The notes under the pieces were generated by a model. It was not told the origin of the DNA, ran no database searches, and was given only the letters and a program-made list of their open reading frames with translations. A stretch of DNA of 63,197 nucleotides from a virus (taxonomy: Duplodnaviria > Caudoviricetes): the IMG/VR virus record IMGVR_UViG_3300036766_001076, positions 1-63,197 of that record. One strand, 5' to 3'. Every line of letters begins with the position of its first letter. Positions within the stretch are counted from its first letter, which is position 1. The position numbers were made by a program, and so were the translations under genes. Shown piece after piece: positions 16,216-25,953 of the stretch.

Positions 16216-17667
16216 GTGGCTTCGATCCTCTGGCTGACTGATCGCTCCCGCTTTGAACGCGGCACCCAATTCTGCCCGTTTGCGCGCTTCCAGGAGTACC
16301 ACGCCGGCCCCTACGGTTACGGCTTCTCGCGCAAAGCCCTCTCGGTCCCGCTCGCTACCGGGATCTACGTCGACCGTGGGCTCTCCTCAGTCTGTCAGTG
16401 GATTATCGACGCGCGGAAATCGTCAGGGACGCAGCCGACTCACGCCACGTACGAAGTGATCACCTGGGCCGCGGAACTGGCCGTGGAGCAGTACCACGCG
16501 GTCATCGCCAAGCGCGGCGTGCTGACCCTCGCGGCCGATGATCCCGATACCCTCGCCCGGCTCAATCTGCTGGTGGCCGAGCAGAGTTGCCTGATTGAAG
16601 GTCTCATTTGGGCATGGTGCTTGGTTCGGCTCCCGCAGATCCTCGAAGCGTACGAACTCACCGATTCCCAAACCGAGGAGATGCACGTCCTCGACTGCAC
16701 CTGTGGCATCGGGTCCGGGATCGGCGAACTTGCGGACCATGAAGCCCGCGACTGCACAGGGATTGGGCTGCAATCCAAGCCGGACTGCTTGGCCCGCCGC
16801 CGCAGCGACGGCACCTACGCCTACATCGAGTTCAAAACGACGTCCCAAGCCAAGCGCGCGTGGGCCGAAGGCTACGAGCGCAAGCAACAGCTCATTATCG
16901 GGATTCTCGGCGCCGAGCGCAGGTACGGGATCAACATCTCCCATGTCTGGGTTGAAGGGCTGGTCAAGGGCGCGCGGAAGGAAGATTATCCCTACGGGGA
17001 AGGGAAGCCCAAGCGTCAACAGAGCTTTCTGTGCTACGGGTACTATCGTCCCGCGACCGGCCCGGGGTCGGTCCCGGAATGGCACCCGGAATTCAACTGG
17101 TACGACACCGAAGGGCTGAAGAACTCTCCCGGCAAGGGAAAGGACGCCCCGCGCCGCATCTCGCTCTGGGACGCGCCGCCGGATGCCTTCCCGGACCCAT
17201 CAATCTCCCGGATGGCATGGTGGATTCAGCACTGGGCCGTGCATGCCCCGATGACCGTGGCGAAGTGTCTCCACGCGATTGGCCCGATTCCCAAGCGCAC
17301 CGACATGATCGACTCGGTGGTCCGGAGCTTCGTCGTGGAAGAGCGGCTCTGGCAGGATCGGCTCTGGCAGGTGTACGACTGGAGCTTGGCGAACGGGAAG
17401 CATTGGGCGGACCCGGAGTACCAGGCGTTTGTGGAGACGGTGATCCCGCGAAGCTACAACTGCGACCCGTTCGGGCCGGACCACCCGTGCAGTTTCCAGC
17501 CGCTGTGCTTCAAGCAGGAGGGGTGGCAGGATCCGATTGCGAGCGGGTTGTTTGTGTACCGGGCACCACATCATCAGTCAGAAGAAGATCAAATGCGTGC
17601 CCGCGGCCTGAAGCCCGATCATGGGATGGCCGAAGAAGAGGGAGAGGTGGAGAGTGAGGAGACGTAA
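16216..17667 (+). CDS. PD-(D/E)XK (Cas4/RecB-like) exonuclease
   Basis: N-terminal Cys, SKPDCL...IEFKTT, QQL, C-terminal Cys cluster. Confidence 0.75.
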   Translation: MASILWLTDRSRFERGTQFCPFARFQEYHAGPYGYGFSRKALSVPLATGIYVDRGLSSVCQWIIDARKSSGTQPTHATYEVITWAAELAVEQYHAVIAKRGVLTLAADDPDTLARLNLLVAEQSCLIEGLIWAWCLVRLPQILEAYELTDSQTEEMHVLDCTCGIGSGIGELADHEARDCTGIGLQSKPDCLARRRSDGTYAYIEFKTTSQAKRAWAEGYERKQQLIIGILGAERRYGINISHVWVEGLVKGARKEDYPYGEGKPKRQQSFLCYGYYRPATGPGSVPEWHPEFNWYDTEGLKNSPGKGKDAPRRISLWDAPPDAFPDPSISRMAWWIQHWAVHAPMTVAKCLHAIGPIPKRTDMIDSVVRSFVVEERLWQDRLWQVYDWSLANGKHWADPEYQAFVETVIPRSYNCDPFGPDHPCSFQPLCFKQEGWQDPIASGLFVYRAPHHQSEEDQMRARGLKPDHGMAEEEGEVESEET

Positions 17668-18124
17668 TCGCGTGGAGTTGCCAGGAGACGTCAAACGGGG
17701 CAAGGACGGGAAGGCAACGACCGTGCGGCGGCCGTCGCGGGCACTCGTGCAGGAGTTGGAACAGCAACTCCTCCAGACCCGAGACGAGCGAGATCGCGCC
17801 CGACGTGGCATGGACCTCGCCGAGAAGGACGCCAAACTCTTCATGAAGGAAGGCTCCGCCGAGGTCCGCGTGCTCCGCATCATCGAGTACCGCGGTCCGC
17901 AACGCTGGGTCGAGGAGACCGTCCGGAAGTCCATCCACGGCACGAGGCAGATCGACCGCGAGAAGTCGATCACCGCGGTGACCTTGCACGAGTACCCGGA
18001 GCAGATCCGCGTCGCCCGGCACGCAACGAACATCCCGACCGGCAGCGATGCGCCGGCGCCGGTGACCGACTACGCGAAGGGCATCCCGGACACGCTGGCG
18101 AATCGGGAGCCGTTCCGTGGCTGA
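17654..18124 (+). CDS. Hypothetical coiled-coil protein
   Basis: ORF; start approximate. Confidence 0.55.
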   Translation: MRRRNRVELPGDVKRGKDGKATTVRRPSRALVQELEQQLLQTRDERDRARRGMDLAEKDAKLFMKEGSAEVRVLRIIEYRGPQRWVEETVRKSIHGTRQIDREKSITAVTLHEYPEQIRVARHATNIPTGSDAPAPVTDYAKGIPDTLANREPFRG

Positions 18125-18611
18125 TCTCGGCATCCAGATCATCGCATCGCAGCGCAGCGACGGCAAGTTCGACCTCTCGCTTGAAATGCAGGGGATCGAA
18201 CCGATCCTCCTGCAAGGCGAGGTGGCGAGTCCTGAGGACGCGCTGCGGCTAATCTACGATGCTCTTACCGCTCCGCTCGCCGACGCCGACAAACTCAAGA
18301 CCCTCGACGAACTCTCTACGCAAGTGCAGTCGATGGTCGACGAACTCGGCAACGCGATCGAACGCCTCTCGCAGCTCGAACAACGCGTGTCCGGCGTGGA
18401 CGTCCTTAGCGAACTTGCCAAACTCACGGAGAGTCTGCGCGGAGGAGGCGGAGGCGGAGGCGGAGATGGTACCCCCACTCGCCCTACGCTGCGCCAGCAA
18501 CAGCCGAGTGGACCGGACCGGGGCTTGCGCCGCAAAGTGATGGTCCCGCACGAGGCGGTCGGTGGCGCCGTGCCGCGGCACGAAGTTACCGGCGAACATG
18601 GCGAAGGATAA
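18117..18611 (+). CDS. Hypothetical coiled-coil protein
   Basis: ORF with heptad pattern and Gly linker. Confidence 0.6.
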   Translation: MADLGIQIIASQRSDGKFDLSLEMQGIEPILLQGEVASPEDALRLIYDALTAPLADADKLKTLDELSTQVQSMVDELGNAIERLSQLEQRVSGVDVLSELAKLTESLRGGGGGGGGDGTPTRPTLRQQQPSGPDRGLRRKVMVPHEAVGGAVPRHEVTGEHGEG

Positions 18612-18630
18612 CGAAGATTTGGAGGGTGGT

Positions 18631-18990
18631 ATGGCCGTCGTGGACATCAACGATCTGACACTCGGACAAGCACGGGAACTCGCACGGATTTTCTCGGCGA
18701 CGCTGGGAGTTCCGCGTCCGGCTGACGACAACAACGCGTGGGAACTCGGCAAGAACTACCTCATCCGAACCGTCACCATGATCGACACCGGACGACTGGT
18801 GGCCGTGACCGAACACGAACTCGTGCTCGAAGACGCCGCGTGGATTGCAGATACTGGGCGATTCTCAGATGCGTTGAAGACAGCAGCGTTCGGCGAAGTC
18901 GAGCCGTTCCCCGACGGTCGCGTGCTCGTTGGGCGCGGTTCAGTGATCGACGCCGTCGAGATCAAGATCGCATCGCGGTCGCAGAAGTGA
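18631..18990 (+). CDS. Sm-like/DUF6948-like small beta protein
   Basis: GKNYLIRTVTMIDTGRL...LEDAAWIADTGRF; GGAGG RBS. Confidence 0.65.
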   Translation: MAVVDINDLTLGQARELARIFSATLGVPRPADDNNAWELGKNYLIRTVTMIDTGRLVAVTEHELVLEDAAWIADTGRFSDALKTAAFGEVEPFPDGRVLVGRGSVIDAVEIKIASRSQK

Positions 18991-19193
18991 ACGCCGCGAT
19001 TCTGCGAATGGGTTTCGACTGGTCGGGGGCGTGGTCGCGGTCGCGGTCGGAGGCGTGGTCGCGGTCGCGGTCGGGGTCGCGGTCGCTGTCGCTGTCGCGG
19101 TCGCGGTCGTGGTCGCTGTCGCGGTCGCGGTCGGGGTCGCGGTCGCGGTCGTGGTCGTGGTCGTGGTCGGGGTCGCGGTCGTGGTCGTGGTGA
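18987..19193 (+). CDS. Ser-Arg/Ser-Trp dipeptide repeat peptide
   Basis: GTGA overlap; GGTCG(C/T/G) hexamer tract at about 19020-19190. Confidence 0.55.
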   Translation: MNAAILRMGFDWSGAWSRSRSEAWSRSRSGSRSLSLSRSRSWSLSRSRSGSRSRSWSWSWSGSRSWSW

Positions 19194-19198
19194 AAAAC

Positions 19199-19447
19199 AT
19201 GCCTCTCCCAGTGGATCAACTCGTGGCCGACTTCGGCCTGTCAGGGCTGAAGATGCTCAACGCGATCATGGGCGAGGGGTATAACCCGCTCGAAGAACCC
19301 AAGGATCTGATCACGCTGCAACTCCTTGGGCTGGGCATCGGGAAAGCCCTCGCGGGCGGGAACACTGACCAGATGTTCAAGAATTTGCGCGCCGTGGTCG
19401 ACGCGCTCGATGTCACACCGATTGAGGAGTTAATGGATAGGCTATGA
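19199..19447 (+). CDS. Hypothetical protein
   Basis: Starts MPLPVDQL. Confidence 0.6.
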   Translation: MPLPVDQLVADFGLSGLKMLNAIMGEGYNPLEEPKDLITLQLLGLGIGKALAGGNTDQMFKNLRAVVDALDVTPIEELMDRL

Positions 19448-21105
19448 TCATGACCAACGACGCTGTTTCGCAGATGGCGGAGGCTGTTGCAGTTTTACCC
19501 GCCTTGCCCGCGCAAGACATCGCAGCCAAAGCCGCCGAAGATCGGCTCGCCGAACTGCTCTCGCTCGGCTCCCAAGCCAACGCCGCAACGTGTGTCTACG
19601 GCGACACCGGCACCGGAAAAACCCGGCTCCTCTGTACCGCTATCGAGTACAACTGGGAGACGTATCATCGTCTCTCGCGCGTGCTCACGGTGGATCTGGG
19701 CGGCTTCGGCAACAAGTTGCTCTCGCTGATCCGTCTCGGGATTGCGCAAGTCTACAACCCGACCACGCACATCGAGCCGTTCGAGACCTTCGAGCTGGTC
19801 TCGCTCGGGTACTGGCCGGAGACGATCTCCGATCCCTACACCGGCTACGCCGACCCGCATGTCCGGCTTATCGCACCGCGCGTGAAACGCTGGTCGATCT
19901 ATTGCCCGAGCGGGCATCTGGTCCGGACCCTCACCGATGGGAGAAACCTTTACGGGTTCCAGGTCGCCTGCCCGACGTGTCAGCAGATCACCTCCCCGGC
20001 GAACTGGTCCAAGTGCGATCAGCAGACCGTGATCTCCCCCGGGTTCAAGCACGTCGGGCTCTGGGCGTTCGACTCGATGACCGCGCTCGAAGAAGGCGTC
20101 ATGGCGGACATGGCGAACCGCAAGGATCTCGGTGGCGAAAAAGGCGCGATCAACACGATTGTCTCCGGAAGTATGTCATTCGGGAGCAACAACCGGGCGC
20201 ATTACGGCTTCGCGCAGAACCGGGCCTACCAGTGGATCAAGAACGCCCGGACCATTCCCGGACAGACGATGCCGCCGATCTTCACGTTTCTCGAGCTGCG
20301 CGCGGCAGACGAAGGGAAAGGAATCCCGCTCTTCGGGCCGAAGATCGCGGGCAACGCGAAGACCGCCGATGTCCCGAGCTGGTTCGGCAACTGCCTGAAC
20401 TCCACCAAGGAGAAGGATGAGAAGGGTCGGGATGTCTACCGTCTCTACACCGAGACGCACATGAACCTCTTGGAGGGCAACATCCCGCATGTCGCGAAGA
20501 CCAGGGCCGACCCCGGCGCGTTTGTCCCGCCGTATTTGCAGGACCAGGACGGCGAGCAGCCATTCACGACGTTCTCGCTGGCGTACTTCTTCCGGACGCT
20601 GGACGTCGCGCTGGAGCGGAATACCCGGCAGGACGCGGCGAAATATCAGGACGCTCCGGCGTTCCAGCCGTTCGCGGATGACGACAAGGAGGAAGTGGTC
20701 GAGGAGACCACGCTCGGGACCGGCCCGGCGATGATCTCGGCGGCGGGAGCGGTCGTCCCGCAGGGCGCGGCCGGGGCGGTGGTTTCGCGAGCGCGCGGCC
20801 GTGCAGCCGGACGGCCAGCCTTGCCGCCGCCGGTGCAGGCTCCTACGATTTCTCTGCCAAGTCCAAGTTCGGCACCGGGGCCGTCTCCGGCAGGTCCGGC
20901 GGTGGTCGCCCAACCGGTGCCGACGGGCGGACCTGCGGCTCCTGTTGCTGGCCCGGCGGCGATGCTGCCGACGGGGGTTCAGGGTCCGCAGACTCCGCCC
21001 GCGTTGCTGACGCCGCCGACGGGCCCGGTCGCGGCTCCGGTTCGACCGAGTCGGGCGCGTGCGCGGCCGGCGGTTCCACCCCCCGCCGGGGCGAAGACAT
21101 CATAG
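19444..21105 (+). CDS. AAA_24/Sak4-like ATPase with Zn-ribbon insert and Pro/Ala-rich tail
   Basis: YGDTGTGKT, FDSMT, GPKIAG...VPSWF; CPSGH...CPTC insert. Confidence 0.75.
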   Translation: MIMTNDAVSQMAEAVAVLPALPAQDIAAKAAEDRLAELLSLGSQANAATCVYGDTGTGKTRLLCTAIEYNWETYHRLSRVLTVDLGGFGNKLLSLIRLGIAQVYNPTTHIEPFETFELVSLGYWPETISDPYTGYADPHVRLIAPRVKRWSIYCPSGHLVRTLTDGRNLYGFQVACPTCQQITSPANWSKCDQQTVISPGFKHVGLWAFDSMTALEEGVMADMANRKDLGGEKGAINTIVSGSMSFGSNNRAHYGFAQNRAYQWIKNARTIPGQTMPPIFTFLELRAADEGKGIPLFGPKIAGNAKTADVPSWFGNCLNSTKEKDEKGRDVYRLYTETHMNLLEGNIPHVAKTRADPGAFVPPYLQDQDGEQPFTTFSLAYFFRTLDVALERNTRQDAAKYQDAPAFQPFADDDKEEVVEETTLGTGPAMISAAGAVVPQGAAGAVVSRARGRAAGRPALPPPVQAPTISLPSPSSAPGPSPAGPAVVAQPVPTGGPAAPVAGPAAMLPTGVQGPQTPPALLTPPTGPVAAPVRPSRARARPAVPPPAGAKTS

Positions 21106-21132
21106 GGGTACTTTTCCGAGGAGACAGCAGTC

Positions 21133-21891
21133 ATGACCGACACACCGATGTTCAGAGACGACGTCGTCGACACGATTCCGGGGGACATCGATCTCCCGCC
21201 GCAGATGGGGAGCTTCGCGCCGCCGCTCCCGCCCGGGGGCTATCTCTTCCGCATCCCGGCCAACGTCGCGCAGCTTTACGAGTTGTACGACGAGACGCCC
21301 AAGGACAAGGACGGCAACGAGATCGCGGGCGGGAAACCTATCCAGCGCATCCGGTTCAAGTTCACCCGTGAGCACCCGCTCGTGGTCGTCGGTGGTCCGC
21401 ACGATGGGGACGGGCTGGCGGCGACGATCTCCAGCTCGCCCAGGAAGCGCGGCAAGAAAGGGAGCGACGCGCCGAGCGTCGCGGATCTGACGTATCTCCT
21501 CCGTGAGAGCCTCAAGGACCGGGCCACTGTCGTCGGCACCACGAAGCAGTGGTACGCCGCGATCTGCGCGCACGCCGGGCACCTCGTGCAGCTCAAGACC
21601 GGGCTGCAGGGCAACTGCCGTCAGGACAAGGCGCGGTACGTTGACGCAGCGGCCGAAGTCCTGCGGTTGCAGGCCGCGAACCTGCCGGTCCCGATCGAGG
21701 TGCAGGAACGGGCGCAGGCGAGTGGGTCCATCGAAGACCCGCAGGGGACCACGGGCTGCGGGGTCAGGTACTACACCAAGGACTTCAAGGACGAGAAGGG
21801 CGCGGTCGTGTTCGAGATCGACTGCGACTGCGGCGCGGTGCTGCGGGGGTTTCCGAGCATCGAGCAGTTTCTGCCACCGATCACGGGCTGA
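21133..21891 (+). CDS. Putative ssDNA-binding protein
   Basis: PLPPGGYLFRI OB-like start; follows the nuclease and AAA_24 genes. Confidence 0.45.
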   Translation: MTDTPMFRDDVVDTIPGDIDLPPQMGSFAPPLPPGGYLFRIPANVAQLYELYDETPKDKDGNEIAGGKPIQRIRFKFTREHPLVVVGGPHDGDGLAATISSSPRKRGKKGSDAPSVADLTYLLRESLKDRATVVGTTKQWYAAICAHAGHLVQLKTGLQGNCRQDKARYVDAAAEVLRLQAANLPVPIEVQERAQASGSIEDPQGTTGCGVRYYTKDFKDEKGAVVFEIDCDCGAVLRGFPSIEQFLPPITG

Positions 21892-21894
21892 GCG

Positions 21895-22263
21895 GTGGGC
21901 GACCACGCAGATCGGATCAACGACGGTTCACTCGACTACGAGGAGATGCAGATGCCCAGACAGACCACCTCAGAAATGACCCGCGTCGTGCGATTCGCCA
22001 ATTCCGCACCGCTGGCCGAAGTCGAACAGGCGCTCGAACTGATCAAGGACGCGGTGAAAACCCGGCGCGCGGCGTCGGCGGATCGCAGCGAGAAGATCAG
22101 GGCCGGGCGCAAGGCGGCCAAGCCGAGGAAGCGCCGCGGGAAGAAGATCGAGATGCCGAGCGGCGAGGCCGCACAGGCAGCGCCGGTGGCGAAGGTCAGG
22201 AAGCTGCGCAGGAAGAAGGGCACGAGCGAGGTCACCGGCGGGGAGCTGCCGTCACAGGACTAG
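21895..22263 (+). CDS. Basic hypothetical protein
   Basis: Lys/Arg-rich C-terminal half. Confidence 0.6.
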   Translation: MGDHADRINDGSLDYEEMQMPRQTTSEMTRVVRFANSAPLAEVEQALELIKDAVKTRRAASADRSEKIRAGRKAAKPRKRRGKKIEMPSGEAAQAAPVAKVRKLRRKKGTSEVTGGELPSQD

Positions 22264-22266
22264 GGT

Positions 22267-22431
22267 TGAACCGGTCCGGAGAGTGGTGCGGGCGTCAGCG
22301 GGGGTAGGACAAGTAGGAATACGCGCCCGGGCGTGGATTTTGACGGACCGAGACCCTGACGTTCCAAGATCGCTAGAGGCGTCTAGGGGTAACCCTGATT
22401 CCTCCAACAGCTTCCACGTCGGGCCGGTTCA
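22267..22431 (+). ncRNA. Putative structured RNA of about 165 nt
   Basis: Closing stem 22267-22278 with 22420-22431, inner stem 22290-22298 with 22356-22364, GNRA hairpin 22386-22395. Confidence 0.5.
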
Positions 22432-22462
22432 TGTTTCTCAGTTACGCAGGAGTGCCAAAGTA

Positions 22463-23068
22463 ATGGACTTCTTGGAGTTTCCGAAGATCGCACGATTCGC
22501 CCGTGACATCATCATCACCGAGAAGATCGATGGCACAAACGGCGTGATCGGGATCGAGGACGATGGCGTGACGATGCATGTCGGATCGCGGACGCGCTGG
22601 CTGACGCCGGAGAGCGGAGATAACGTCGGGTTCCTTCTCTGGGCCACGGTTCACCGTGACGAGCTGCTGACGCTCGGGCCGGGGCGTCACTTCGGAGAAT
22701 GGTGGGGCAGCGACATCCAGCGTGGCTACGGTCTACAGAAGGGCGAGAAGCGGTTCAGCCTGTTCAACGTGCAGCGATGGGTGCTTCACGGTCAGACGCC
22801 GCAACGTCTCAAGGTGAACGATCCGCGCGTGGAGAAATACCAGGAGGTGTTGCCGCCCTGTGTTGGGTTGGTTCCGATACTCTACCGAGGCGAATTCAGC
22901 CCGTTCGCGATCCCCGACACGCTGCACGCGCTCGCGGTGGCGGGATCGAAAGCGGTGCCGGGCTTCATGCAGCCTGAGGGGATCGTCATTTTCCACACGG
23001 CGGGAAACGTCGTCTTCAAGCAGACCCTCATGAAGGACGGCGAACCGAAGTCAAGGGAGGTACGCTAA
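22463..23068 (+). CDS. RNA ligase (Rnl2-like nucleotidyltransferase)
   Basis: FPKIAR, TEKIDGTN (motif I), FGEWWG, LFN, EGIV, FKQ. Confidence 0.85.
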   Translation: MDFLEFPKIARFARDIIITEKIDGTNGVIGIEDDGVTMHVGSRTRWLTPESGDNVGFLLWATVHRDELLTLGPGRHFGEWWGSDIQRGYGLQKGEKRFSLFNVQRWVLHGQTPQRLKVNDPRVEKYQEVLPPCVGLVPILYRGEFSPFAIPDTLHALAVAGSKAVPGFMQPEGIVIFHTAGNVVFKQTLMKDGEPKSREVR

Positions 23069-23530
23069 GTGGGCAGAGACGAAGAGTTCAATCAGCGCCG
23101 CCGCAAGCAACTCCTCGTCGATACCGCCGCGTCGGCCAAAATCCTCGACCGCTTCGGCCGGGTGCTGATCCCCGGCGCGCAGGTCGTCTACCGATCACCG
23201 ATCGATCTGGTCTTCACGGTCGCCGACGTGGCCCCGGTGCTCGACCCTCGCGCACAGGCCGGGCTGCACCAAGTCAAACTCCTCTGCGAGGTCACGCTTC
23301 CGGCGATGGACCGGCTCCCGGTGGATCTCTTGATCATGGTGGCGGCGCCGCGTACGGCAGCGGAGCAAGCGGCGGACAACGGTGACCAGCGCGCAGAAGC
23401 GGAAACCCCGCCCGCTCCGGCCGGATCAGCGCCGCTCATCGTCCTCCCGCCGGGGACGGCGGTTGACACTGAGGAACCTGCGGCACCGGACAGCCCGGGC
23501 GCGCCGCCCGAATTTGACGACGAACCGTAG
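23069..23530 (+). CDS. Hypothetical protein
   Basis: ORF adjacent to the ligase stop. Confidence 0.6.
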   Translation: MGRDEEFNQRRRKQLLVDTAASAKILDRFGRVLIPGAQVVYRSPIDLVFTVADVAPVLDPRAQAGLHQVKLLCEVTLPAMDRLPVDLLIMVAAPRTAAEQAADNGDQRAEAETPPAPAGSAPLIVLPPGTAVDTEEPAAPDSPGAPPEFDDEP

Positions 23531-23542
23531 GAGAACATTGCG

Positions 23543-23815
23543 ATGGCTGACCGTGCTGCTGCGCGTACCAACGACAACGATCGTGAACCGACCTCGGCGG
23601 ACATCGGCCCGGTCAACGGGACCGTCCGGAGGATCCTCGCCGACAAAGGCTTCGGGTTCGTGCTGCTCGAAGACGGCAAGACGGAGATTTTCTTCCACAA
23701 GACAAGCTTCGGCGGCGAGGAGGCCTTCGAGGATCTGCAACCCGACGACAAGGTCACCGTGGTCTACGCCAACACGCGCAAGGGGTGGCGGGCGAGCCGG
23801 GTGAATCTGCGGTGA
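23543..23815 (+). CDS. Cold-shock domain protein
   Basis: KGFGFV (RNP1), IFFH (RNP2). Confidence 0.9.
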   Translation: MADRAAARTNDNDREPTSADIGPVNGTVRRILADKGFGFVLLEDGKTEIFFHKTSFGGEEAFEDLQPDDKVTVVYANTRKGWRASRVNLR

Positions 23816-25107
23816 CCGACGATCTTGGGTTTCGTGACGATGCTCCGGCAGGCGAGATGCCTGCCCCGCCGCCTGTAGAGAACGTCGACGACCCGCTCTG
23901 GGCGGCGATCATGGGCACGGCAGGCACCGGGAAAACCACCCTCGCCCGGCTCGACGCCGACACCTGCGACGACGTCATTCTCTGCGCAACGACCGGGATC
24001 GCGGCGGTGAACATCGGCGCGTGTACGATAAATAGTTTGCTCTGGTACTACGACACCGCGGATCTCCGTACACAGTACGAAGTAGGCAAACTGAACGTCG
24101 CCCTGCGGAAGATCGCGGATTCAGGGTTTCGGCGGATCTACCTGGACGAAGTCTCTATGATGGACGGACGCCAGCTCGACATTCTCTGCCTCGCGCTCGA
24201 TCAACTCAACGAGACCCGCGCCGGCCGGGACGAAGCGCCGCTCGGGATGACCCTCATCGGAGATTTCGCGCAGCTCCCGCCGGTGAACGCGCCGTTTGTG
24301 TTCGAGCGCCCCGCATGGAAACGCTTCGAGGCCGGGATGATCACGCTAACCGAGCCGCGCCGCCAAGCCGACGCCTCGTTTGTGGCCGCGCTCCAGGCCG
24401 TACGCCGTGGAGACATCGGCCACGCGCTCGCCTACTTCAGTACGAGAATCCAGCCCTACGAGCAGCGCGACTTCAATGGGACGACCATCCTCGCCAAGAA
24501 CGACGAGGTCGATCGATACAACGCCGTGCGGATGCTGGAACTGACGACGCCTGAGCACGAGTACCTCGCCAAGCGCACCGGCCAAGGGGATCCGGCGTGG
24601 AAGCACATCCCGGAAAAACTCATCCTCAAACCCGGAGCCTTGGTCATGATCCTAGCGAACCGCCGCGAGAAGGTCGACGGGTTGGAGCCGCACGAATGGC
24701 CGATGATCTACGCGAATGGGGATCTTGGGATCTATCTTGGGCAGGACGGCGGCGGACGGGCGAGGGTCGAGCTGCATCGGGGCGGCGAGGTCACCGTGCA
24801 ATCCGTGACGCGGCAGAGAACCAAAGCCACCGGGAACAAGGGCGTGAAGGTGGCGCGCGAGGACGTGCTAGGGAGTATTACGTACACTCCCGTACGAGTG
24901 GCGTACGCCTCGACTTGTCACCGATCACAGGGTCTCTCACTCGACAATGTCCAAGTCATGTTCCACAGTCATTTCTGGACGCAGCCCTCGATGTTGTACG
25001 TGGCCATGTCTCGCGCGAGAACGCCTGAAGGGCTGCGGCTCGTCGGCAATGTGAAGCAATTCGAGAAGAGGATCGTGGTCGATCCTAAGATCAGGAGATG
25101 GCTGTGA
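23812..25107 (+). CDS. Pif1/RecD-like SF1B helicase
   Basis: GTAGTGKT, TTGIAA, DEVSM, GDFAQLPPV, RRQ, HRSQGLSL, YVAMSR. Confidence 0.92.
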   Translation: MTDDLGFRDDAPAGEMPAPPPVENVDDPLWAAIMGTAGTGKTTLARLDADTCDDVILCATTGIAAVNIGACTINSLLWYYDTADLRTQYEVGKLNVALRKIADSGFRRIYLDEVSMMDGRQLDILCLALDQLNETRAGRDEAPLGMTLIGDFAQLPPVNAPFVFERPAWKRFEAGMITLTEPRRQADASFVAALQAVRRGDIGHALAYFSTRIQPYEQRDFNGTTILAKNDEVDRYNAVRMLELTTPEHEYLAKRTGQGDPAWKHIPEKLILKPGALVMILANRREKVDGLEPHEWPMIYANGDLGIYLGQDGGGRARVELHRGGEVTVQSVTRQRTKATGNKGVKVAREDVLGSITYTPVRVAYASTCHRSQGLSLDNVQVMFHSHFWTQPSMLYVAMSRARTPEGLRLVGNVKQFEKRIVVDPKIRRWL

Positions 25108-25295
25108 TCGATCCCCACGACGTGATCGTCACTGTGGCCTGGGCCGTCGTCGCGGTCTGCGCGGTGCAGGCCGCGCTCGTCTACGGGGTGACGCGGTTGT
25201 TCCTGCACGGGCCGATGTTCAAGGCCAAGCAGGAGCGGGAGCGAGAGCATACCTACGAGCCGATTCAGGGGGAGTTCGGTGGACGTACACGATAA
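25098..25295 (+). CDS. Small membrane protein
   Basis: One hydrophobic segment. Confidence 0.5.
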   Translation: MAVIDPHDVIVTVAWAVVAVCAVQAALVYGVTRLFLHGPMFKAKQEREREHTYEPIQGEFGGRTR

Positions 25296-25953
25296 GCAGA
25301 TCATTCATTCCTCTGACGAGAGCAACTGGCGGACGCCGCCGGAGCTTTTCGAAGCCCTCGACAGGGAGGTCAAGTTCTGCATCGATCTCGCAGCGAACGC
25401 GCAGAACTACTGCACGCGCAATAATCAGAGCGACGACAGGCACCGATGGCTCGGTCCTGGATCGGGCGTCAGTACCCCCGACGCGCTCTCGGTTGATTGG
25501 ACGGCGTTGGTACAGTCGTTCAATGACCTCGATGACCTACGGCAGTTACCGCCCGGATTCCTCAACCCGCCCTACTCTCGCAAGAAGTACCGCGCGACCA
25601 AAGACCCGGCGATGCTGGTGGAGAACTGGGCACGGAAAGCCTACGAGGAGTCGATCAGGGGGTTTACGACCTACGGCCTGTTCCCGTTCGCACCACAGAC
25701 AGGCTGGTTTCGGGAGTTCGTCTACGGCCATCGATACGAACAGAACATCATGGGCGAGCGTCTTGCAGCGAACGAGTGGTCCGGCCATGCCGCAATGGAA
25801 GTCCGGCGTTTCCCGTACCGCCTCTCCTTCCTCCGCCCGGATGGCTCCCCCGCGCAGAATGCCGGCGTGAACTCCTGCGTGATCATCTGGAAACCCAATC
25901 CTGGGTACGTGGGGCCGTGGGTACCGACGGAGAGATATTGGAGTTTCAAATGA
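25279..25953 (+). CDS. Phage DNA N6-adenine methyltransferase (Dam family)
   Basis: WRTPPELF, IDLAA, FLNPPYS, TGWF. Confidence 0.88.
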   Translation: MDVHDKQIIHSSDESNWRTPPELFEALDREVKFCIDLAANAQNYCTRNNQSDDRHRWLGPGSGVSTPDALSVDWTALVQSFNDLDDLRQLPPGFLNPPYSRKKYRATKDPAMLVENWARKAYEESIRGFTTYGLFPFAPQTGWFREFVYGHRYEQNIMGERLAANEWSGHAAMEVRRFPYRLSFLRPDGSPAQNAGVNSCVIIWKPNPGYVGPWVPTERYWSFK

